This document shows, in pieces, positions 51,306 to 62,468 of a DNA stretch of 64,000 nucleotides. Position numbers and translations under genes: made by a program. The stretch lies in assembly GCA_963699115.1 (NCBI GenBank), contig CAVOTJ010000002.1, positions 2,713-66,712 on the forward strand, read 5' to 3'. This DNA comes from an uncultured Solirubrobacteraceae bacterium. Lineage in GTDB: Bacteria > Actinomycetota > Thermoleophilia > Solirubrobacterales > Solirubrobacteraceae. A model generated the notes under the pieces. That model saw only the letters and a list, made by a program, of their open reading frames with translations, was not told the origin of the DNA and ran no database searches. How positions within the stretch are numbered: the stretch's first letter is position 1; every line of letters starts with the position of its first letter.

Positions 51306-52070
51306 CTAGGCGGCTGCCGCCCGCTGAAGGTCATCTGTTCGCATGAGATCGGCTAGGCCCATAGCTTCCGCGACACTGCGGCATTTCGCACACTGGGTGC
51401 CATTGAGGTGCCTTCGCATGTTCGTTGCAACGCGACTGCCAAGGATGCTCTCGGCATTCGGCTGCGCGAGGAGAGCCAGCCGTTCGGTACTGAGGTGGGC
51501 GACGTGCGGCTGTAGCGGTGTTGTGAGTGTCGCCGTCGCGATCGCGCGTTCATAGGCTCGACCTGACTTCATGTTCAGCGCGACCTGCCGCCACGCTTTC
51601 CCGATCTCCCCGAGTTCCAATAGTTCAGAGGGTGTCAAATCTCCATTGGGCCTCTCCTCGAGGGCAGCAAGGATCCTGGGGACGCGCTCGGGGACCACCC
51701 CTCCTGCATCCGCGCACGCCGCAACTGCGGCGTTGACGACTTCGCGTCGGTGTTGTGTGAGATCAAGACGCGCCGTGACCTCCCGAATCAGCTTAAGGAA
51801 GCGCAGACTGTGCTCCAGATCCGCTTTGTCCTTGTCCTTGGCGGTGGGCTCCTCCTCGCCGCCGACTGCCATCCATGTCTCGGGGCGGCAGCCAAGCTGC
51901 GCGCAAAGCGTGTCGTCATCCCAGCCGGTGAGACTGCGGATCTCTCCCAACAGCAGCAGTGCCTGAGCCGCATCGCTTCTCAGGTTCTTCAGAACCCCAT
52001 ACGCGACGAGGACGTCTTCTGACGGGCGAGACTGCGTGGCGTCAGCCGCCATTGTTTGTCCCGCAGGCAT
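51306..52070 (-). CDS. Hypothetical protein (possible HTH; C-terminal H...CxxC)
   Basis: 254-aa ORF; RRHLNGTQCAKC resembles an anti-sigma zinc-finger motif. Confidence 0.6.
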   Translation of the reverse strand: MPAGQTMAADATQSRPSEDVLVAYGVLKNLRSDAAQALLLLGEIRSLTGWDDDTLCAQLGCRPETWMAVGGEEEPTAKDKDKADLEHSLRFLKLIREVTARLDLTQHRREVVNAAVAACADAGGVVPERVPRILAALEERPNGDLTPSELLELGEIGKAWRQVALNMKSGRAYERAIATATLTTPLQPHVAHLSTERLALLAQPNAESILGSRVATNMRRHLNGTQCAKCRSVAEAMGLADLMRTDDLQRAAAA

Positions 52071-52443
52071 GTTCGAATCCTTTCATAGCGTGCACACAGC
52101 TTGACGCAACGTGGACGTTGAAGCAATCCCTTGCAGGCATCCTCTCAGCTGTGACCATAGACGACGGTCCACGGATACTGCGGCTAAGCCCCGGAGTGGA
52201 CGAGCGATAAAGGTCGCGTCACGTCGACCATGATCGGCGCTCTGTCTCCAAACCCACCGATCCAGGGACGAATTCTAGGATTGAAGCTACACCGCTCGCC
52301 CAGCGATCCCCACGCCGAAGCACGCTAGCAGCAGCAACGACTAGGCCAGCTCGAACAGCTACGCCAGCTCGGCCACGCACCCGCAACGTGCTAACCACAG
52401 ACCGGCCGAACCTTCGATACCAACCCACAAACAACAAAACCTC

Positions 52444-52478
52444 AAAACCCCCGGAAATCCGGAAATCCAGGGGTTTTA
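52444..52478 (-). terminator. Probable terminator hairpin downstream of the tRNA-Gly remnant
   Basis: aaaacccc...ggggtttt inverted repeat. Confidence 0.5.
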
Positions 52479-52490
52479 GGGTTTGCCTGA

Positions 52491-52533
52491 AGCGGATGAA
52501 GGGATTCGAACCCTCGACCTTCGCCATGGCAAG
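52491..52533 (-). pseudogene. 3' half of tRNA-Gly(GCC), att site of element D
   Basis: Reverse complement CTTGCCATGGCGAAGGTCGAGGGTTCGAATCCCTTCATCCGCT; no D-arm or 5' acceptor strand; next to an integrase. Confidence 0.88.
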
Positions 52534-52616
52534 CCATGAAATGCGCCCCGAGGCACGCCAATAGGCGCGATTTGGTCGGCTCAACATGGCTTATTTAGGC
52601 ATGATTTGACTGGTTT

Positions 52617-52665
52617 GCTACCCAAACCGCTACCCACCGCCGATCTGCTACCCATCCGCTACCCA
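52617..52665 (+). repeat. Four GCTACCCA direct repeats (arm-type sites)
   Basis: At 52617, 52629, 52647 and 52658, between att and integrase. Confidence 0.8.
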
Positions 52666-52683
52666 CGGGTGTAGACTGCGACG

Positions 52684-54051
52684 ATCGCACCTGATCCGAA
52701 AGCCTCGATCCTCATCCGCGAGCACCGCGGCAGACCGTTCTACGAAGCCTTCTGGAGACTGAACGGCAAGCAGGTCAAGCGCCGCATCGGTCCCGCTTGG
52801 CTCGACCGCGACCCTGACTCTGGCGAATGGGGCCGGCGTCGGGGGCGCGTCCCCGACGGCTCCTACGACGAGCGCGGCGCCCACGTCGAGGCCGCCCGCC
52901 TCGTCGCCGAGTACGTGGCCGATGCCGCCGATCGGGAGCGAATCGCGCTGGAGCGCCTCACGCGAGGCGTCACGTTCCGTGAGGTCGCCCACTCCTACAT
53001 GCGCTGGCTGGCAGACGTTGGCGGGGCGAAGCCCTCAACGTTGCGCGACCGCGAAACCGTCTTGGGCGAGCCAGGAGTGCCGCGCAAGCGGGGCGAAGGC
53101 AAGACGCTCGGACACGTCTTGGCCGCTCTCGGCGATCGGCCCGCCGCGAAGATCACCACGCGGGAGATAGACGAGCTGTTGGCGACGATCAGCGCAACGG
53201 GTGCGTCGGCGGCAACCGTCAACAAGTACCGCTCGGCCGTCTCGGCCGTGTTCAACCACGGCTGCAAGCCGTCCACGTTCGCGTTGCCCACGAATCCTGT
53301 GATCGGCGCCGACAAGCGCCGCGAGCCTCCCCAGGCTCCCCTCGTGTTCTATTCGCCGGAGGAGATCGAGGCCATTGCCCGTGCCCTCGCCGAGGGACAA
53401 CATCGCGATCCGGCGTATCCGGCCGTAAACGACAGCGAGCGGATGGCACGCCAGGCAGAGGACCAGCAGGACGCCGAGATGGTCCGCGTCGCCGCCTATG
53501 CCGGGCTGAGACAGGGCGAGTTGCTGGCGCTGCGTTGGCGCGATGTCGATTTCGCCGGGTCCGCCTTGACGATCGCGCGCGCGATGAGCGCGGGCGTGGA
53601 GTCGTCAACGAAGTCCGGGCGTGTCCGCCGTGTGCCGCTCGCTGACCAGGCCGCCGGGGCGTTGGATCGGATGAGCCAGCGCGAGCACTACACCTCCTCC
53701 AATGACCTTGTGTTCTGCAACGTGCTCGGGCGGCCGCTCGATGGTTCGGCGCTACGCCGCCGCTACAGGCGCGCACAAGGCGCTGTCAGCGCTCGCCCCT
53801 TGCGCTTCCATGACCTGCGGCACACATTCGGATCGCTGTTGGCGGCACGCGGCGTCGATGTCGTGACGATTCAGAAGGCGATGGGTCACAGCGCGCTTAG
53901 CACCACCAGCCGCTACCTGCACGCGCGCCCGGCATCGGAGCAGGCCCACGCGTTCACGGCGGCATTTATGCCCAGCATGCACGGTGATACTGCCGCCGCT
54001 GAGTTGAGAGTTACATCTCAGGCTGGTCCGCCTGGAAGGCGCGCCAAGTAG
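52684..54051 (+). CDS. int: Tyrosine integrase of element D (first canonical start 52915; homologous frame open from 52675)
   Basis: AGLRQGEL, RFHDLRHTFG, MGHSALSTTSRY; upstream in-frame FYEAFWRLNGKQVKRRIGP. Confidence 0.92.
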   Translation: MAPDPKASILIREHRGRPFYEAFWRLNGKQVKRRIGPAWLDRDPDSGEWGRRRGRVPDGSYDERGAHVEAARLVAEYVADAADRERIALERLTRGVTFREVAHSYMRWLADVGGAKPSTLRDRETVLGEPGVPRKRGEGKTLGHVLAALGDRPAAKITTREIDELLATISATGASAATVNKYRSAVSAVFNHGCKPSTFALPTNPVIGADKRREPPQAPLVFYSPEEIEAIARALAEGQHRDPAYPAVNDSERMARQAEDQQDAEMVRVAAYAGLRQGELLALRWRDVDFAGSALTIARAMSAGVESSTKSGRVRRVPLADQAAGALDRMSQREHYTSSNDLVFCNVLGRPLDGSALRRRYRRAQGAVSARPLRFHDLRHTFGSLLAARGVDVVTIQKAMGHSALSTTSRYLHARPASEQAHAFTAAFMPSMHGDTAAAELRVTSQAGPPGRRAK

Positions 54052-54278
54052 GCTCGTGCTCCGGGCAGCACCAAGAAGCCCGCGACCCCCATCAGCATGC
54101 CTGTGTAACGATCATCCCATCCGTGCTCGCTACCCCACTGTTGGACATCGACCGGACTGAGTGGAGGATCGAGAGGGCTCAGCTTGTCGACCAGCGACTT
54201 CATGGTGTCCGGAAGGAATAGATCGTCCTCGCGATACTCGCCAAGACCCTCCAGTACCTTGCGCTGTGCGGGCGTCAT
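54018..54278 (-). CDS. Small hypothetical protein
   Basis: 86-aa ORF. Confidence 0.4.
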   Translation of the reverse strand: MTPAQRKVLEGLGEYREDDLFLPDTMKSLVDKLSPLDPPLSPVDVQQWGSEHGWDDRYTGMLMGVAGFLVLPGARAYLARLPGGPA

Positions 54279-54316
54279 ACCGACCAGCCTATCCGCTAGG
54301 GAACCCCCTCCTGTAG

Positions 54317-54856
54317 TCAGTGATACTTGCCGAGCCGCTGCACAAACCGCGGGTCCGCGTCAGCCCGCTCGTGGATCAGGCCGATCCGCTTGCAGAGCTT
54401 TAGAGCCCGGTCGTTCTCGTGTGCGACAACCGCACGCACGAATCCAGCTCGGTCAGGCAGGTCGTCGATCATCGTCTCCATTAGGAGGCGACCGAGCGTG
54501 ACCGGCTGACCGTCAGAAAACGGCTCCACATTGATCAGAGCCCCTTGGAGGTCGAGTCGCACGGCGCCGACGATCAAATAGGAGCCCTCGATGTCCTCCC
54601 CATCGGCCTTTTGGTCGTCAAGCTCATGGGCACCAACTGCAACAATCTCGTCAGGATCAGCAGGGTCCGCGAGGATTACGCAGGCTGTCTGGAGATGCGG
54701 TTCACGCGATTCGACATGTCCCCTCAGACGCGTGCGAACAAACCGCTCAACGTCGGCTTCATACCAGGCTCCCTTGGAGCAAGCGAACCCGGCGAGGCGA
54801 TCCCAATCCCCAGGACGAATTCGCCGAGCGAGCGGCTCGTCGATCGCCCCAGACAC
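54317..54856 (-). CDS. GNAT acetyltransferase, toxin-like
   Basis: LAGFACS...DVERFVR; AVRLDLQG...LGRLLM...ENDRALKLCKRIG. Confidence 0.7.
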   Translation of the reverse strand: MSGAIDEPLARRIRPGDWDRLAGFACSKGAWYEADVERFVRTRLRGHVESREPHLQTACVILADPADPDEIVAVGAHELDDQKADGEDIEGSYLIVGAVRLDLQGALINVEPFSDGQPVTLGRLLMETMIDDLPDRAGFVRAVVAHENDRALKLCKRIGLIHERADADPRFVQRLGKYH

Positions 54857-55708
54857 TCAGTCAACGATAGTGGTCCGTCTCGACCGACGGACCGTCGCAG
54901 GCCCGCAAAGAACCTCAGCGGGGATCGCGACGGGCTCGTAGTCCGCGGCACGCTCGAATGGATAAAGAGGCTCATCAGCCATGGGGACCTCGAGTGCCTC
55001 CTCGGCGGTCATCCACACGCCCCGACCAAGGTCCGTCCACCGGATTGCGATCGGGGCGCCCAAGCCCGTGGCCGGTGAGGCAGGAAGCCTGCCATTCATT
55101 ACAGGCATTACTGAGCCATCGAGCAAACGAACCTCGCTCTGAAAGTCCTTTACGGACGCGATATGCCCCAACGCTACCTGCCAAGTCTGAGGAGCCCGCT
55201 CGCGCTCACGGCTAACAGCGGCGGAGTACCGCACGAGCTGCTTGGCTGTCGACGGCTCACCGGCGGCTACCTTGCACATCCATGAGATGGTCCGCTTCTC
55301 GGGCGAAATCGCCCCCCCCACCGAGGCGAGGGCGTCCGCGATCCTACCCGCGTCCTGACGCTGCTCCAAACGTTTGGCGATCGTCACAAACAGTCTCGCT
55401 TGCTTATCGTCGCTGGTCGCGGCCAACGCAGCAGCATCTCGGACAAAGGTCGAATACAAGCGAAGGCTTCCGCGAGTCCTACCCTGCTTGTCCCGTAGTG
55501 GGCGAGTGATGCCCTGGCTCAACAAGCCTCGCTTGCGCAGCGTTTCCAGCGCGGACTTGGTCGTTGCCGTACCCCCGGGCCTGAATTGCTCCGCGACCTC
55601 ATCCGGCGTTACAAACGGCAACTCAGCCAACATGCCCTCTATTGTAACACCGAGCGCCGTTATCCGGCGGTCGGTTTCAACTCTCCCGTCAATCAACTGC
55701 TTGGCCAA
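54857..55708 (-). CDS. Hypothetical protein abutting the GNAT gene
   Basis: 283-aa ORF with wHTH-like N-terminus. Confidence 0.65.
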   Translation of the reverse strand: MAKQLIDGRVETDRRITALGVTIEGMLAELPFVTPDEVAEQFRPGGTATTKSALETLRKRGLLSQGITRPLRDKQGRTRGSLRLYSTFVRDAAALAATSDDKQARLFVTIAKRLEQRQDAGRIADALASVGGAISPEKRTISWMCKVAAGEPSTAKQLVRYSAAVSRERERAPQTWQVALGHIASVKDFQSEVRLLDGSVMPVMNGRLPASPATGLGAPIAIRWTDLGRGVWMTAEEALEVPMADEPLYPFERAADYEPVAIPAEVLCGPATVRRSRRTTIVD

Positions 55709-55934
55709 TCAATGCCGTTTCGATGTTCTGCCGGATGTAGAGCCTCCGCCTGCCGATCTTGACGCTCGGCAGGATGCCTCGGCGTGCCCAATCTTCGACT
55801 GTTGAGACGGGGGCATGCAGCAGACGAGCCACATCGCGGGCGGTCATGACGTCGTCCGCCGTGAGTCGTGTGGGTCCAGTCGACCTCCCTTGCCAAGCGT
55901 CTCTTGCAGCGCGCGCCGGCCGAGAAGGATTCAT
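55689..55934 (-). CDS. Excisionase-like HTH protein
   Basis: VMTARDVARLLHAPVSTVEDWARRGILPSVKIGRRRLY. Confidence 0.85.
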   Translation of the reverse strand: MNPSRPARAARDAWQGRSTGPTRLTADDVMTARDVARLLHAPVSTVEDWARRGILPSVKIGRRRLYIRQNIETALIGQAVD

Positions 55935-57428
55935 CGTGTCCTCTCGGGTGCTGGTGGCTGGACGGCGCGGTAGACGGTGCGGATGATGCCGGGGATACGT
56001 GGCGCGTAGTGCTCGGGGCCTCTGCTTGCCACGGTGCGGTCGAAGCCTGGCCAGTGTTCGTGGCCGGAGGGCTCGCGATGGGCGAGTGATGGTGTTTGTG
56101 TGTGGCTGCGGCTCATGTCTCGTGCGAGGCGTTTGATGCGGTCGGTGTCGTGTCCGTGTTCGCCGAGGTCTTGGCGGTTGACGTACCAGTCGGTGCCTTC
56201 GCGGGCGCGGGATGCCTCGACGTAGGCGGGCTCCTTGCTGGTCTGCCAACCGCCGGTCACGACGAGCGTCCGGGTGACGGTCGCGCCTTGCGCGCGGTGG
56301 ATGTGGCTCGCGTAGCCGAGCCGTAGGCGTGCGAGGTCGTCGCTGGCGAGTGTTCGCCATTGGTGGGTGGCGTCGAACTGGATGAACACCTCGCCGGCCT
56401 CGTTGATGTCGATGACTTCGCCGCGGGCGCCGTTCTCGACGCGCTCGACGCCAGGCTGGTGGTGCTGGTCGGTCATCGCTACCCGATCGCCGGCACGAAT
56501 GCCGTAGTGCACACCGGGCACCTGGGCTTCGATGTCGCCGAGTTCGCCGCGCTCGGCGCGGTAGTGCTGCGCGCGGGCGTTGAGCCGGTCGATCTCCAGG
56601 TTCGATGCGTCGGAGATAAGTGCGACCTGCTCGGTCGGGTGTTCCTTTGTGAGCCTGGCCCAGTCGCCGACAGCCTGCTCGACGGCTTGGTCGCGTGTGT
56701 CGGTCATGTGCAGCTGGCCGCGGCGGAGGTAGTGCGCCATCGCCCGGTCTGAGCGGCCGGCGCGTAGGTCGGCCCAGGCTCGCTGCTCGGCAGGGTCGAG
56801 CGTGCGGCGCACGTTTGATAGCTGCGCGCTCGGGGCGAGCTTGGCGAGCCGGTCGAACATGCCGCCGGCGCCGATCGAGGGGAGCTGCGCGCCGTCGCCG
56901 ATCGCCACGAGCTTCGCCCCTGTCCGCTCCACGGTCGCAGCCAGCCGGTCGAGGCGGCTTGTGTCTGCCATCCCGGCCTCGTCAAAGAAGATCGTCGTCC
57001 GTGAGTCGATGGCGAGCCGGCCGTGCTCGACGCGGGCCACCAGGGCGTCGAGCGTGAGCGTTCGTCCTGTGAGCGCGGGGCTTTCCTGTCCGAGACGCTG
57101 CGCGGTCGAGCCCGACACGGCGATCCCGAACGTGGCGTGTCCGGTGAGCTCCTCGGCCCTGGCTGCGGCGTCGATCACTACCCCCTTGCCTGTGCCCGCC
57201 GGGCCGACAAGGACGGCGGCGCGCTCGGGGCCGGTGATGACCTCAAGCGCGTGGGCCTGCTCGTCGCTGAGTCGTGCGCCGATCCGTTCGGCGAGCTGGT
57301 CGCCTGCGGCTGTGCGCGCTTGCTCGCCCACGTCTCTGCCAGCGGGCTTTCCGAGCTGTGCGAAGTTGCGCTCGATCGCCTGCTCTTTCTCACGGATGGC
57401 GAGCGTCGTCATCCGGCCGCCCTCCAAG
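55931..57428 (-). pseudogene. C-terminal helicase half of a MobF relaxase, truncated by IS256
   Basis: LEGGRMTTLA..., GPAGTGKG, FDEAGM; paralogous to 22529-24014; N-terminal relaxase domain absent. Confidence 0.9.
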
Positions 57429-58384
57429 GGGTCTGTCCGGAAGTTTGTGTATTTGGCGTGATCAGAGGGTTCGCATTCGGCGGGCCCGTGAAGGAGGATC
57501 GTGCTGATGAGCAATGAGCAGGTAGCGGCGCCGGTCGACGGCGGCGAGCAGATGGGAGCGCCAGCTGCTGCGGCGTTCGAAGTGGACGGGCTGCGATCGT
57601 GGGCGGAAGCGCTCGTCGATCGCGCTCGCAGTGAAGGAGTCGCTCTAACAGGCGAGGGCGGCCTGTTGACGTCAATGGTCCGGGAAGTCCTTCAGACCGG
57701 TTTGGATGTGGAGATGGCCGATCACTTGGGCTATGAGCCGTATGAGGCGATCGGCCGCGGGACGGGCAATAGCCGTAACGGCGCGTATTCCAAGACGGTC
57801 AGGACCGATGTCGGCCCAGTGGAGCTGCGGATGCCGCGTGACCGTGAGGGCACGTTTGAGCCGGTCACGGTGCCGAAGCACGTGCGTCGCCTGCAGGGGC
57901 TGGGTGCGAACGTGATCAGCCTCTACGCGAAGGGGTTGACGACCGGGGAGATCCAGGCGCATCTGGCTGAGATCTACGACACCGAAGTCTCGCGGGAGAC
58001 GATCTCGAAGATCACCGACCAGGTGTTGCCGGACATGGCGGCGTGGCAGAGCCGGCCCCTGGACCGCGTCTACCCAGTGCTGTTGATCGACGCGATCGTC
58101 GTGAAGGTCCGTGACAGCCAGGTCGCTAACCGGCCGGTCTATGTCGCGATCGGCGTGAACCTCGACGGCGAACGCGATGTCCTGGGCCTATGGCTCGGCC
58201 CCACAGGCGGGGAGGGAGCCAAGCAATGGATGAGCATGCTCAGCGAGCTACGCAACCGCGGCCTGCAGGACGCGCTGATCGTGTGCTGCGACGGCCTGAA
58301 GGGGCTCCCCGAAGCGATCCGCGTGACCTGGCCCAACGCCACCGTCCAAACGTGTGTCGTTCACTTGGTGCGCAACAGCTTGCG

Positions 58385-59875
58385 GAGACTGTCAGATGTT
58401 CTGTGTGTGAGGTTGGGGTTGGGGGTGGTTGGTTGTGGTTAGTAGGGGATTCGGTCTCCGAAGTGGATCTTGAGGGCTCGTAGTGCTGAGGGCCAGCGCA
58501 GTACTTTGACCCATTTTGTCTCGGCTCGCATCAGGGCGAGGTAGATGAGCTTCGTTGCTGCTTGCTCGTCGGGGAAGTGTCCGCGGGTCTTGATCGCTTT
58601 GCGGACTTGGCGGTTGAGTCCCTCGATCGCGTTTGTGGTGTAAACCACGCGGCGTAGATCGGCTGGTAGGGAGAGGAACGGTGTGACGTGCTCCCACCGG
58701 TCACGCCATGCCTGGGCGACCATCGGGTAGCGCTCGCCCCACTTCTCGTCGAAGAGCTCGAGCTGGCGGGCGGCCTCTTCGGCGTTCGGGGCGCTGTAGA
58801 CGCGGCGCAGGTCTGGTATCAACTTCTTGCGGTCGGCATAGCTGACGTAGCGCATCGACGCGCGGATCATGTGGACTATGCACGTCTGTACCCACGCCTG
58901 TGGGAACACCGCGGCGATCGCCTCGGGGAACCCGGCGAGCCCGTCGACGCACGCGATCAGGACATCGCCGACGCCGCGCTGGTGCAGGTCGTTCAGGACG
59001 GCGAGCCAGAACTTCGCGCCCTCGGTGTCCTGCCACCACAGGCCGAGGATCTCCCGGTCGCCCTCGAGGGTGACACCGACCGCGAGATAGCAAGCGCGGG
59101 TCTTGACTGAGCGGTCCTCGGTCATCTTCACCATTAGCGCGTCGAAGTAGACAATCGGGTAGAGCGTCTCCAGTGGCCGTGAGCGCCACGCCGCGATGTC
59201 CTGCGAGCACCGCGTCGGTGACACGGCTGATCGTGTCCCGCCCGATCTCCGTGCCGTAGAGCGATGCGAGGTGATCTGAGATATCCCGCACCGACATGCC
59301 ACCGGCGTAGAGGGAGAGGATCTTCTCGTCCAGCCCAGCCAGCCGGGTCTGGCGCTTGCCCACGAGCTTCGGCTGGAACGTGCCCTGACGGTCGCGGGGG
59401 GTGTTCACCGCCACCGGCCCGAGATCCGTGGCGAGCGTCTTGGGGGTCGACCCGTTGCGGTGGTTGCCCGCGCCGCCGGGCGGCGCCTGCCCGGGCGGGT
59501 AGCCCAGATGGTCGCTCAGCTCGCCCGCCAAGGCCGCATCGATCACACGGCCCGCGAGCTGCGTCAACAGGCCGCCCTGGCCGGTGATCTCCTCCGGCTC
59601 AAGGCCCTTCAGGGCGTCCGCCAGCGCGTCCGCCGGCAACAGGCCAGCCAGACGGTCCTCGAGCTCCTTCGGCGCCTGAACGCCACCCTGAGCCTCCTGG
59701 CGGCGGCCACGCCGCCCACTGAGCTTCTCGGTCATCTCCTGCATGATGATGGGGTCCTTTCCCGGCCGCGGCCCGGGCCAGAATCGCCGCTACGCCTACG
59801 GCTACGCGTCAATCCCGGCCCGGAACACAAGCCGAATCAATTACCCCAACCACACACACTTCATCGGACAGACCC
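58385..59875 (-). mobile_element. Second IS256-family element (transposase 58439-59744, frameshift near 59205)
   Basis: 8-bp TSD AGCTTGCG at 58377-58384 and 59876-59883; IRs GAGACTGTC.. / ..GACAGACCC. Confidence 0.93.
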
Positions 59876-59952
59876 AGCTTGCGCTACGCCTCAAAGAAGT
59901 ACTGGGGCCAGATCGCAAGAAGTCTTCGCCAGATCTATACCGCGCCGACTGT

Positions 59953-62468
59953 TGAACCGCTCCGAGATTTTTGGTGGCCTGATCGCTTGAGAGGATTGGG
60001 CGATGACAAAGGGCAAGAGGTATCCGGCTGAGGTTAGGGAGCGTGCGGTGCGGCTGGTGGTGGAGCACCGGCGGGAGTATCCGAACGAATGGTCAGCGAT
60101 CACGTCGATCTCTGAGAAGTGCGGGATGACGGCGGAGACACTGCGCAAGTGGGTGCGCCAGGCCGAAGTCGATGGTGGCCGCCGTCCGGGCGTGAGCAGC
60201 GATGAGGCTACTCGGATCAGGGAGCTCGAGCGGGAGAACAAGGAGCTGCGCCGCGCCAACGAGATGGCGGATTCAAGCGGTCGCTGCAACGTACTGTGCG
60301 AACTTCTCTGATGGTGTCAGGTAGCCGAGGGTCTTGCGTGGTCGTCCGTTGAGGCTGCGTTGGATGCTGCGGAGGTCGCTTGCGGTGATTGTCGTGAGGT
60401 CTGTGCCCTTTGGCAGGTATTGGCGTAGTAGTCCGTTGGTGTTCTCGTTGGATCCTTTCTGCCAGGGCGAGTGAGGGTCACAGAAGTAGATCGGTATCCC
60501 TGTCGCGATGGTGAAGCTTGCGTGCTTTGACATCTCGGCGCCCTGGTCCCAGGTGATGCTCTTCTTCAGCTCGCGCGGCAACGTGGTGATCGCTTTGCGC
60601 ATCGCTGCATCCACGGCCACAGCGGAGCGGTCGCCGTTCATGTGCAGCAGCAGGACGAGCCGGCTGGAGCGCTCCACGAGGGTGCCCACGGCGCTGCGGG
60701 CGCCCGCTCCGAGGATGAGGTCTCCCTCCCAGTGCCCAGGCACCGCCCGGTCCTCCACTTCTGCGGGGCGCTCTGAGATCATCACCATCCCCGGCAGCTG
60801 ACCGCGCTTGTCCACGCGTCCTCTCGGCTGGCGGGCCGTGCGCCCCGAGCGCAGGCAGCGGGCGAGCTCCCGGCGCAGCTCGCCACGACCCTGAACGAAC
60901 AATGATTGGTAGATCGTCTCGTGGCTCACGCGCATAGCCGGCTCGTCGGGATAATCCAACGGTAGGCGACGGGCGATCTCTTGGGGTGACCACAGCTGCA
61001 GCAGACGGCGGCTGACCTCGCGGTGCAGCTTGCCGCGCGCCAGCTTGCAGTTCTTGGGCCGACGAGCGTGCTCTCGCGCGCGCTGGTGCGAGCGCCAAGC
61101 CGAGTACTGCTCGCGCCCACCGTCTGCGTTGACCTCACGCGTGACGGTCGAAGGCGACCGCTTGAGGATCCTCGCGATCGCGCTCAGCGAGTCACCGCGA
61201 CCGATCCCGAGCAAGATCTGCTCACGATCACCGATCGAGAGACATCCATCCCTAGGTGCCCAGGGGCACGGGATGCCCTTCGTGAACCTCCTCTCTCGAA
61301 CCATCACCCCGACCATCGGCGCCGAACACCCGATCTCTCTGGCGATATCCGTCAGCCGCCAGCCACTCGCTCGCAGTTTGAAAGCAAGCTGCTTCTGCTC
61401 GTCGCTCAAGTGCCCACGCATCCACAACCTCCGGTATCGGTTCCTGGGTCATCCCACACGATCCGTTGCGCCCACCGGTTGACACCGCCGATCTTGAAGG
61501 CGGCGTCGGCTTTCTTCGCGCGGGAGCTCGACCCGCAGCCAAGGAGATGAGCCGTATGATCGACGAGCATCGGGGCACGTTTGGGGTCGAGCCGATCTGC
61601 AGGCATCTCGGGATCGCCCCGTCGACGTATTACGCGGTCAAGGCGCGTCAGGTGTCTCCGTCGGCGCGAGCTGTTCGCGACGATGCTCTCGCCCGACGGA
61701 TCCGTGAGGTGCACGAGAAGAACCTCGGCGTATATGGCGTGCGCAAGGTCTGGTGGCAACTCGCACGCGAAGACGTCAAGGTCGCCCGCTGCACCGTGGA
61801 ACGCCTGATGGCTAGAGAGGGCCTGAAAGGCGCTGTGCGGGGCAAGAAGCGGCGCATCACGATCCCGGACGGGCAATCAACCCGGGCACCGGACCTCGTG
61901 GACCGCGATTTCAAAGCCTCGGCTCCGAACCGTCTTTGGGTCTCAGATTTCACGTATGTGCCGGCGTGGTCAGGGACGGTGTATGTCGCGTTCACGATCG
62001 ACGTGTTCTCTCGCCGCATCGTTGGCTGGAAGGCCGACACGACGATGAAAACACCGCTCGTCCTCGACACGCTCGAGATGGCGCTCTGGGCCCGCGACCA
62101 CCACGGCCAACCCGTGCCTAAGGGCCTGATTGCTCACTCCGATGCCGGGAGCCAATACACAAGTTTTGCCTTCACGCAGCGCCTGGTGGACGCTGGCGCT
62201 GACGCCTCGATCGGATCCATCGGCGACGGATACGACAACGCCGTCGCTGAGTCAACGATCGGGCTCTACAAGACCGAGCTCATCAACCAGCAAGGACCAT
62301 GGAAGACGATGCAGCAAGTCGAGTTCGCCACGCTGCAATGGGTCGACTGGTACAACCACCAGCGACTACACGGCAGCTGTGACAAGCTCACGCCAGTCGA
62401 GTACGAGCAGACGAGAACGAGACAGACCACTCAATAAAAACTGCCTCCAAACTCCTCGGAGCGGTTCA
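59953..62468 (+). mobile_element. IS3-family element (orfA 60003-60265 plus 61493-61550; orfB 61547-62437)
   Basis: IRs TGAACCGCTCCGAG; 3-bp TSD TGT; WVSDFTY, HSDAGSQY, DNAVAES. Confidence 0.94.
60266..61489 (-). mobile_element. IS30-family element (transposase 60273-61427)
   Basis: IRs GGCGGATTCAAGCGGTCGCTGCAAC / rc GGCGGTGTCAACCGGTGGGCGCAAC; TSD GAT; GHWEGDL, TWDQGAEM, NENTNGLLRQY. Confidence 0.94.
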
